NCBI RefSeq assembly: GCF_006345805.1
Contig: NC_043003.1
Span: 5,518,001-5,582,000 of the forward strand
Source of the DNA: Octopus sinensis
Taxonomy: Eukaryota
Reading direction: 5' to 3'
DNA length: 64,000 nucleotides
How positions within the stretch are numbered: position 1 is the stretch's first letter; every line of letters starts with the position of its first letter. Made by a program: the position numbers and the translations under genes. The notes beneath the pieces are model-generated. The model saw nothing but the letters and a program-made list of their open reading frames with translations. It ran no database searches and was not told the DNA's origin. Of this stretch, positions 53,720 through 64,000 are shown piece by piece.

Positions 53720-54018
53720 GGGTAAATGGTAAAGACTCCCTTCGGTCATGAATGACCATGAGATTGCCTCCGAGACCCAAGGTTGTTTATGGAAGACCAG
53801 TCATCGCCCATGCATACCGGCCTCCCCTCTTCATGCCACCGATGTTATCCAAGGGAAAGGAAAACGTTGATACAGCTTCGCACCAGCGATGTCGCGACTC
53901 ATTTCAACAGTTGAGTGTCATGCTCAAGAACACAACACACAGCTCAGTCTAGAAATCGAATTCACTGCCTCATGATTGTGATACCAAAGCTCTAACCACT
54001 CAGCTATGCGTCTTCACA
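53720..54018 (-). mobile_element. Diverged tRNA-derived SINE, family D, (TTTACC)-like tail
   Basis: Minus strand GCATAGCTGAGTGGTTAGAGC (A box), GAATTCGATTTC (B box), TGTGTTCTTGAGCATGACAC, ending GGGAGTCTTTACCATTTACC. Confidence 0.75.
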
Positions 54019-54213
54019 TCAGCAATAATAATAGCAGTTGGAATAACAACAATGGTATATAAATCTGGGACCCTTTACGTATTAGTTCAACCTAGCGAAT
54101 AGCCACCAATACTTCTTTAGAAGACACTACTAGAATATGGCAAATATTACTACGGAATAGCCATGCCTGGAACGCATTTGATCATAGAGCTGTCAATATA
54201 TTTTTTTAAACCA

Positions 54214-54448
54214 AGGCGGCGAGCTGGCAGAATGGTTAGCACGCCGGGCGAAATGGTTAGCACGCCGGGCGAAATGCTTAGCGGTATTTCGTTTGCCTTT
54301 ACATTCTGAGTTCAAATTCCGCGGAGGTTGACTTTGCCATTCATCCTTTCGGGGTCGATAAATTAAGTACCAGTTGTGTACTGAAGTGGATCTAATCGAC
54401 TGGCTCCTCCCCCAAAATTTCGGGCCTTGTGCCTAGAGTAGAAGGGAG
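54214..54448 (+). mobile_element. Full-length SINE family B with alternative 3' tail, duplicated head segment and about 16-bp TSD
   Basis: AATGGTTAGCACGCCGGGCGA occurs twice in tandem; tail CGGGCCTTGTGCCTAGAGTAGAAG; flanks TATATTTTTT(T)AAACCA. Confidence 0.9.
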
Positions 54449-54484
54449 TATATTTTTTAAACCATCATATTCGTATGTGTGTGT

Positions 54485-54522
<38 letters not shown>

Positions 54523-56151
54523 ACCAGCTATATCGAAATTAAAATATATTTAAAAAAAACTAAATAAATAGTTTAAGTTATTTATTTGTTATGTTTCCCT
54601 TTTTTGTTTGTTTATATTTGAATACAGAGAAATATACTTTTAGCGCTATTGAAGCACTTAGGAAGAATTTAGAAATATTTTGCGTACAGGCGCTTGCGTG
54701 AAAATAAGTTAGGTATACCATTAATCTATTAGGGTATAACATAGAAGCTGATTGACTTTGAAATGGAGCGAAAATAATAAATGAAATAACTAGCATAAGC
54801 AAAAAATAAGCGAGAATAAGAGAGGGGTGAGATAGGAGAAGGCGGGGTAGATGGTGAAAGAGGAGGGATGGGTATAAATAAGGAAAATGTGAAAAGAAAA
54901 CAAATAAATAAGCAATAAAATGGCTACAAACAAAATAAATAAACAAGAGAAATGTATCTGGAGAAAGAGAAAAAAAATATATTTGAAACGAACATGGCGG
55001 AATTGATATGGAAATGAAGACGAATTTGATATCGTTGATATGTTGGACATGTGTGGGTATGTATATGTGTATATACGAGTGTGTGTGTGTATGTATGTAT
55101 ATATATATATATATTTATATATACATATGTATATATATATATACACATATGTATATACACGCATATGTATATGCGCCTATAAGTCTAATGTGTGTGTCTA
55201 TGTGTATGTGTATGAAAGCATGTACGTGTAACTGCACACACACATAGACACATTTTTGATCAAGCAGGATTATTCCCACGAGCGTTCCAGCCGTGGCCAT
55301 CTCCTGTATTTAGAGGAATATAATATATATTGTATGAATGTGTATGTGTATACATATAGAGGTAGACGTGTATACGATTATATGTGTGTGTGTGTGTACA
55401 TACACAGACACACACATACCTACCTACATATATACATATATATATTCATAAATTCACTCGTTCATACAAGGACACACATTTATGCAGATCTACTCACACA
55501 CACATCCAAACACCCTCACGTGTATGTATATATTAACATAGTGAGGAAGAGGAACAGAAAGAATGTGGGAGAGAGAGAGAATAATGAAAAGGAGCGAGAT
55601 ATAGAGAGAGTGAGCAAAGGTGTATATAAAAATATCTATACGTCCACCTGTTATATATATTTTATAGAATGACTATTATTTTCTGTAAATGAAGTTGACA
55701 TTTGTCTTTGCAGAACGATAGAGTTGAGTGCCACACCGTTGCTGCTTACCAAATAATACAGGAAATATTAACATATTTCGTCATATTTTCAACATTTTAT
55801 TGAAATATTTTGGGGATTTTAGTTTTGAAAACTGAACAATATTCAGTTTTTTTTTCTTTATAATATTTCATAAATATTGTGTTTGTATGTTTGTGTGTGT
55901 GTGTGTGTGTGATTATATAGTGTATGTGTCATTCTTTAAAAAATATCATTGCTTTACCTGAAAGTATTCTAGACCCTAAATACATATATGAACGTTGACG
56001 TTTTAAAACATTCCACACGTAATGTGTGTACGTATGTATCTGCGTATATAATATATATATATATATATATACACATATAAATAAATGTATATATATATAT
56101 ACACACATAACTAAGATAAATGTACACATATATACATACACACACACACAC

Positions 56152-56182
<31 letters not shown>

Positions 56183-56466
56183 GCTTATATGTAAGCGTAC
56201 ACACATATGTATATGTACATACATGTAGACTCATAAATATATAAATTTAATCACGAAAAACACGTATAAATACACACACGAACACGCAAACCTATTCATT
56301 GAAGCACTTACAAACATATTCGTCTTAAATATAAAAAACATTGTATATAAATATATGTTCATTCATATATACATGCACACACACACATACACACACACAT
56401 ATATACATGCATACATACATGTACAACGCATATAAACAAGCATCCAAACATATACATAAATATATA

Positions 56467-56497
<31 letters not shown>

Positions 56498-56562
56498 ACA
56501 TTCGCACAAATACACACATATTTATTTATATATATATATATATATATTACACACACACACAC

Positions 56563-56610
<48 letters not shown>

Positions 56611-57151
56611 GTATATATATTTATATATGTAAATCACTGCATTAACATACGAATTTAGACTCGTGTAGATGGCACTAAAAGTACATAACAGAGATTTATG
56701 AGAGGTTACAATATTTTTAAGTCGGCGAAATGGATTAGAATATTTATGCCCAGAGCAACGTTAGAAATATTATTAGTACTTCTCTTTAAAATATGGTGTG
56801 CTTTTGTAAAGTACCAAGTGAGCAATCTCAGAGATTTGCAGATCTAACTAACCCTAGTTAAATACAAAGAAATGAAAATTTATATACATCAGGAAAGAAG
56901 AGAAGATACATCATAGTGTAACGATGTGTAATTTTCTCAACATGTTTGAGCGAGTATATTAACACACACACACATATTATATATATATATATATAATATA
57001 TATATATATACATAAATGCATGTGTGTATATACATATATATATATATATATGTAATTATGTATGTATAGATAATTACATTTTTATACATAAGTATATGTA
57101 TTATAAGTATATGTATATATACATATATATACATATTTATATATATTCATA

Positions 57152-57204
<53 letters not shown>

Positions 57205-57926
57205 ATCTGTATGTATGTGTATACACACACATACACTATGAAGTGTACATGTGCAAATAGTTGTATCATACCACGTTGCATATATTTATGTTTGTGTATC
57301 TATATAATATGTATATATACATATGTGTGTGTGCGTGTGTGTGTGTGTGTAGATATTATACACTTAAGTATGTATTTATATACAAACGAAAATAATTCTA
57401 GCAATAAGTTGAATGATGACAAAAGTAAACTTGTAATGAGGGAAAATTAAATTACATAGGAATGTGGTTGTTAATTGCACTAATTAAGCACTTGCTTATT
57501 ATAATTATAGCTTGTTTCTTCATAGACATATTTCCTACTGTTTTCCAACCATTTCAAATATTTCGTGTTTATTTCTTGGAGCTAAAAAATAGATATTGCT
57601 TAGTTGTCGATGAGTAAAGTCAAAGTGTGGCATCTTGAAATCACGAACGTTGATCCCGTGTTTTATATTGAACAACAAATAAAGAATTTTGCCATGAGAA
57701 AACCATTTTGCTTACTGGAAATTTATGGAAGCGGAAAATGACGGCGCGAAATGTAAATGGTAGGAAAATATATTAATGACAATGAAAATTCAGAATGCTC
57801 AAAGTAAAACCATATTTTACCAAAAATTGAGATCTTTAAAACATGCGGTCTGAAGAAGTGTTTAATAGCAAGAAACTATTTATGACCACAACGGATTATT
57901 AGAAGTTAATATTCTTTTATCCGTAT

Positions 57927-58005
57927 AAGGCAGCGAATTGGCAGAACCGTTGGCATACCGGACCAAATTCTTAGCGGCATTTCGTATGTCTTTTCGTTCT
58001 GTGAG
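57927..58005 (+). mobile_element. SINE family B, 5' fragment
   Basis: AAGGCAGCGAATTGGCAGAACCGTTGGCATACCGG..CTTAGCGGCATTTCG. Confidence 0.7.
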
Positions 58006-58744
58006 TAGAAATAAGTAAAGTCACAGACCTGGAATTTATTCTGAGTAGTCGAGAGATTTTTCTTTACTGTTTTGTCTCATGTACCCCACCTCCAATGCCA
58101 CCCGCCAATTCTCACGCTTCATTTGTAAATTTGTAATGAATCACTAATGATTGAAGAGAGCTTAAGACTTCCAAATGAAGGACAGCTTTAGAAACCAAAA
58201 GATCTGAGTGAACACGATACACATATCAATCCATATATTCCAATATTGGTCTTGATTAATACCAGATTTTGGCATCGAAACTTATACGAAACAATATATG
58301 ATCACGTGGTTAAGAAGTTTCTGGGTCCCCTATATCAGCCTCTACATCATCTGATTCTCCCGAGTGAAATAGACTGTGCGAAAATTGTGCGGAAACCTGT
58401 TTCATATCGCCCCTAACTCTTCATCGCCCTTAAACGTCACCCGGATTTAACATCATCATATCGGCCCTTCAGACGCATTAAAAAGAAGTTCCTTAATTGC
58501 AATTACTAAGCGCAAGCATTTGTTTTGAGGTTGAATATCTCGATATAACGATGAGTTGATTCTTGTTATTGGAAACCATGAGGAAAAATTTTTGGAGGAC
58601 ATTATCTCCTGAGAAACCAGCAGAAACCCCTCAAGCATGGTGTCCTTCCAACTAGGCCCTTCACATAAAAAATACTTTATACTGCTAAGTATGACTGGGA
58701 CAATGGAGGAAGAAATAGGTTTTATTGTAAGACTATCAGAGGAA

Positions 58745-59272
58745 TGGTGGAGGTGGTGGCGGCAGTGGTAGTGGAGTTAGTAATGGTGTTGGTGTGGAGT
58801 GGTGGGTATTTAATGGTGTTTACAGTAGTAGCAGTTGTAGCGATAACAGTTTTGGTCATAAATTTGATACAGATAATAGAAGTAGAATGACAGAGGTGAT
58901 TTCAGGTGAAACGGTAGTGGTGGTGATGGTGGTGGCAGTGGTGATGGCGAAGCAATTGGCGTTGCTAGTTATAATGATTATGGCGTCGGTAATGCTAGTG
59001 GCGGCGGCGGCGGCGATGGTGGTGGTGGTGGTGGTAGTGATAGTGGTGATAGTAGTGATGGTGGTGGTGGTGGTGATGTAGTGATGGTGGTGGTCTGTCG
59101 TTAGCAGTGTGATGATAATGATGGTCGTGGACAAAGGTCATGTCAGTATTGACAACAGTTATACTGACGCTGGTGGTGGTGGTAGTGGTGATGGTGGTGG
59201 TGGTGGTGGTGGTGGTGGTGGATGGTGGGGATTGTGGTTGTTGTTGTTGCAGCAGCGGTGCTGGTGGTGGTG
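58745..59272. repeat. Degenerate (GGT)n/(GAT)n trinucleotide field
   Basis: Low-complexity GGT/GTA/GAT repeats. Confidence 0.85.
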
Positions 59273-59466
59273 CTGTTTGTACTTGTAGCGTCCCATTGTA
59301 GAATTCAAGTGTTTGTAGCTGTGTGTTAAATGTTAAGTATATTTGTAATGGCCACAGGGGTCAATAGAGTAATATCTGAGACATTATGGACGTAGTCTCT
59401 ACATACATACACGCATCTATGTTTCATTGTCAAAGATATCAGATGCTGCTATTACTATTATATTAG

Positions 59467-59511
<45 letters not shown>

Positions 59512-59656
59512 ACACAAGATATTCGAATATTCCACTTTACACACAAAGATACGATACACATATTTCTCAAAGCACACACATATATATATACACACATATA
59601 TATATATATATATATATGTATACTTACAAATATACATACATATATATATATGCATG

Positions 59657-59694
<38 letters not shown>

Positions 59695-60009
59695 TACACA
59701 CGTTGGAATGAAATGTTTAGAATCAGATGAAACAAGAGATAAACATCAGAATGTATATACACATAAATCATGTGGTTTTATATTTCATAATCTACAACAA
59801 ATGTTCCTTTTCTCAAGTTGTTTCCGTTTTACTGTTTGCTCCAATGAATCGAAACCGCGTCGACTCGTCAAGTATACTTCCACTATCATTGGAATTAGAT
59901 ACTCATATATTAGCACACGTGCACACATACACACATCAATACAAATATGTATATGTATACATATATCTATACATACATATATCTATCTATATATACATAC
60001 ATATCTCTC

Positions 60010-60232
60010 TTTTACTTGTTGTCAGTCATATGACTGTGGCCATGCTGGAGCACCGCCTTTAGTCGAGCAAATCGACCCCAGAACTTATTCTTTGTAAGCC
60101 TAGTACTTATTATATCGGACTGTTTTGCCGAACCGCTAAGTTACTGGGACGTAAACACACCAGCATCGGTTGCCAAGCGATGTTGGGGGGACAAACAGAG
60201 ACACACAAACATATATACACACACATAGAGAA

Positions 60233-60266
<34 letters not shown>

Positions 60267-60424
60267 GACGGGCTTCTTTCAGTTTCCGTCTACCAGATCC
60301 ACTCTCAAGGCGTTGGTCGGTACGAGGCTATAGTTGAAGAAACTTGCCCAAGGTGCCACGCAGTGGGACTGAACCCAGAACCATGTGGTTCGTAAGCAAG
60401 CTACTTACCACACAGCCACTCCTA
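60010..60424 (-). mobile_element. Full-length SINE family A
   Basis: Colinear with 4736-5136. Confidence 0.92.
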
Positions 60425-60445
60425 CATATATATATGCAGCCACTC

Positions 60446-60481
<36 letters not shown>

Positions 60482-60522
60482 GTATATGGTTATATATATA
60501 TATATATATATATGCACCCTCC

Positions 60523-60569
<47 letters not shown>

Positions 60570-60572
60570 TAT

Positions 60573-60612
<40 letters not shown>

Positions 60613-60620
60613 GCCACTCC

Positions 60621-60654
<34 letters not shown>

Positions 60655-60706
60655 GCAGCCACTCCTATATATATATAGATATATATATATATATTATGCA
60701 GCCACT

Positions 60707-60759
<53 letters not shown>

Positions 60760-60803
60760 TATGGTATATATATATATATATATATATAGATGCAGGCCAC
60801 TCC

Positions 60804-60836
<33 letters not shown>

Positions 60837-60868
60837 GTATATATATATATATGCAGCCACTCCTATAT

Positions 60869-60921
<53 letters not shown>

Positions 60922-60988
60922 TATATATAATATATATATATATATAATATATATAGTAGCCACTCCTATATATATATATATAGTATAT

Positions 60989-61030
<42 letters not shown>
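60425..61030. repeat. Minisatellite of GCAGCCACTCC-(TA)n and TAGTATATGG-(TA)n units derived from the adjacent SINE 5' end
   Basis: About 8 copies of (G)CAGCCACTCCTA, identical to the SINE terminus at 60413-60424. Confidence 0.9.
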
Positions 61031-61033
<3 letters not shown>

Positions 61034-61629
61034 GAGAGAAGAAACTAAGGGTCAAGTTTAATGCATATGTAAATAGCTGATTTCACAATCTTGGCAAACT
61101 GTTCCGCACTAAACAAATTCGTTGCCAAACCTATAGACTTTCACCAAACATATTCCAGTCTTTTAAACCTGTCATTCAGTATATATGGTTCTATGTGAAT
61201 GCGTGTGTCTGTATGTGTGTGTCTGTATGTGTGTACACGTGTGTGTGTGTGTGTGAGCATAGCTCTGTAGCCATATGTAAATATGGTTCTGTATGTCTAC
61301 TCTCTTCTTTCTGTTAGTGCGTATGTCTGTATATGCGTGGTGTGCGTACGGGTGACTGCAAGTGTTTGTGTGTAAGTGTCTGTATACGTGTGTATGACTG
61401 TCTATATATGTGCTTCTCTCAGTGTGTGCGTGTATGTGTCTGTATGACTGTGTGCATACGTGCGTAAGCGTTAGTAAAAGTGTGTATGCATCTTTACATC
61501 TTCACTCTTACGTATCCACATAATCTCATATGAGTTAGTGTGTATATATGTGCCTCTGTATGCGTATCTCTCTGTGAATATTATATGTATGTGTATATGT
61601 GAGTACACACACACACACACAGATATATA

Positions 61630-61664
<35 letters not shown>

Positions 61665-61703
61665 TATTATATATATATATATATATTATATATATATATA
61701 TAG

Positions 61704-61760
<57 letters not shown>

Positions 61761-61774
61761 TATATATATATTAG

Positions 61775-61811
<37 letters not shown>

Positions 61812-63624
61812 GCCTCTTCACGTTGTGTGTTAGTACGTACGTATGTCTGTGTGTGAATGTATATGTACGTATAAATATGTATACATGTGACTGTGTGTGT
61901 GTGTGTATGAGTATATATATATATATATATATATGCATTATCAGGTGTGTATATATGTGTATCAGTCAGACTATGTGTCATCAGGTAGGTGAGTGACTAT
62001 GTGTGTATATGTGTGTACGTATGTAATTTTCAGAGTATGTATTTTCTGTATGTATAATTACCAGTGCGTGTGTGTTGTGTGTGTGGTGGTGTGTGTGTGT
62101 GTTTGTGTGCGTTTGTGTTATTTGTTTCATTGGTTTCATTTACTCAATGTTAATATCTGACAAATATATTTTGTTTTGTTTTGCTTTGTTTGTTGATTTT
62201 TGTCTTTGCTGCAATCTAACCTTCGCTGCCAGTTTGTTTTGTTCTTGTATTTAACGAGAGATAATTATTTCTGATGTGAGCATGTTCCGAGGTAAAAAGC
62301 CGGAGTTGACGTGTTGATGCATTGGCAGCGGCGATTAACGGAATGAATCAGATTAAAATACTCCGAGCAACATTTAAAAACTCGTTAAATATCTCTCCCC
62401 CTCCCTCCCTCCCTCCCCCCATCCCTCATTTTCTACAGTTATAGATTTTAAATACTTTGAGATGAAAATGGTAGAAATCACTCAAACATATTTATTTGTG
62501 TGTATATGCTTGTATTTGTGTGTGTGTGTGTGAGGAGACTTGCGTGCGTGGACGTGTGGGTGACTCGAAGAGGATAGGACCACCAAGATGGTAAGATTCT
62601 TTCGGAAGCACCTGAGTACCATATTCATAGACCTGAGTAGGTATAGTCCACGGAAACAGTCATTTCCAAAGTGATATTTTTTAAAGAAATAGCAAACTGA
62701 AAATGTCGTTTGAACGGAGCTGAATATTTTCCCTAAAAGTTGTCAGTGGTTTTAAGTGAACCATCTACGCTAAGAAGCAGCATTTTTGTATGGATGGATC
62801 TTAAGATACCCCTAATTAGGGGAAGATATATCATGCTCAGTCTTGCCCTCCCTTAAATGGCCAAATGCAAAAATCACCCCATATCATTTCATTTATTGGT
62901 TTAATAAAATAAGGGGTTTCTATGATATTCTCTAATACTGGTAAGAGGACATGGCGTCTGGCAGCTCGTTAGGGGGTATTGAGAAGAGCTGCAATGTTAT
63001 GGGACTTCCGGAACGGGTGGAAGACAATGGAGAGTGCACAGCCATGAGTTGGGAGCTATGATTTAAAGTTATAGGCTGCCAGCTTTGGTTGACCAGCTCT
63101 GGGTAGATAACTCTGGATGGCACTTATGGATGGATTGTTATATCTAGACTGCTATGGGTGGATAGAAACGGCTAGATTCTTACTAGCTTTTTTTAAAAAA
63201 TAGTTAATCTATTGGTGGATGAATAGATTGGAAGAAGACAGACAGACAAGCAGATAGATTTACACATATATACACATACAAATAGATATATCTACTATAT
63301 ATATATATATATATATATGTTAAAAATAAGGTCGATATTTTGTAATAAGTTTAAGAGCAATAACAGAACATTTACCGAAAATATGTCGCTATACTGAAAG
63401 TAGAGTGAAATTGATCACGAAGATCAAATAAACTGAGATTTCAGTTAGTTTGAATAAACTGATAGAAGAACCTTCAACCCCAGGTAAATTGATCCTCGTA
63501 ATACATAACACACACACACAAACACACACAGGTATTCATACACGTCATCGTTAAACCATCGCCAAATCTATTAGATATTCATTTATATCAGTCCTTCCAA
63601 TTTTGGATGTCCTTCCAAAAGTTC

Positions 63625-63742
63625 TTCACACTGATGAGAATGAAAATGCATAAATTTAATTACTATGATTATAAAACTAATTACTATGATTATAATTTAT
63701 TTTTTACATATTTGTAATGTCCTTTGAAACGCGTGTATGTAA
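63625..63742 (+). ncRNA. Degenerate long-loop hammerhead relic (pLTR-like)
   Basis: CTGATGA gaa [about 80 nt] ttt GAAA cgcg TG has the same architecture as 44034-44119, but the cleavage triplet is GUG and stem I is broken. Confidence 0.45.
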
Positions 63743-64000
63743 TGAATCCAAATTTGTATTAAATCTAATTTTGATGTAACATATTTCTCTCTTCCGTTTT
63801 TAGGTAATTATTTAAGGTATATTTATACCTATAACGGTATTTTTCAACATTTATATCAGTATATATTTCGAAAGATTTATTGACAAGATATCTATATATT
63901 TATTGACGAATGCCTACAAATACAGGAAATGGCGACAGGAATTGGTTCCATCTTTAAGGAGGCCATTATTTTGCGTTAGTGAAGGGGAGTTACTTCATTT

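Noticed and set aside
62932-63123. 63-aa minus-strand ORF or possible LINE remnant
   Set aside because: Only a faint resemblance (LQLFSIPPNEL); not enough to call.
1-64000. The many 60-256 aa ORFs rich in YI, HT, CV, poly-I/L/M/S
   Set aside because: They are translations of microsatellites that lack stop codons, with no domain content.

Overview
This is eukaryotic, very AT-rich, microsatellite-saturated intronic or intergenic DNA. The SINE families and repeat landscape look like an octopod cephalopod genome (inference, not verified). I cannot support any intact host gene, rRNA, true tRNA or CRISPR array. Nearly all ORFs in the track are translations of (TA)n/(CA)n/(ATT)n/(GAT)n repeats. What is present: several tRNA-derived SINE families, decayed LINEs (Tx1/L1-type, R4/NeSL-type with restriction-like endonuclease, two RTE-type, one possible CR1/Jockey-type), a mariner remnant and three non-autonomous Helitrons. 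There are also many Penelope-like terminal-repeat (pLTR) fragments next to (TA)n tracts, carrying minimal type I hammerhead ribozymes and inverted, hairpin-forming junctions. The most interesting signals are four. (1) A tRNA-headed (Pol III) element carries a hammerhead ribozyme and an inverted partial copy of it, a candidate Penelope-mobilised ribozyme-SINE. (2) A SINE shares its 3' tail with the 3' end of a local Tx1-type LINE, while sister SINEs carry a different tail. (3) Two colinear, block-conserved paralogous unique elements lie about 23.5 kb apart (9.16-10.0 kb and 32.73-33.11 kb). (4) One hammerhead family has a shared non-canonical CUGUNGA core.
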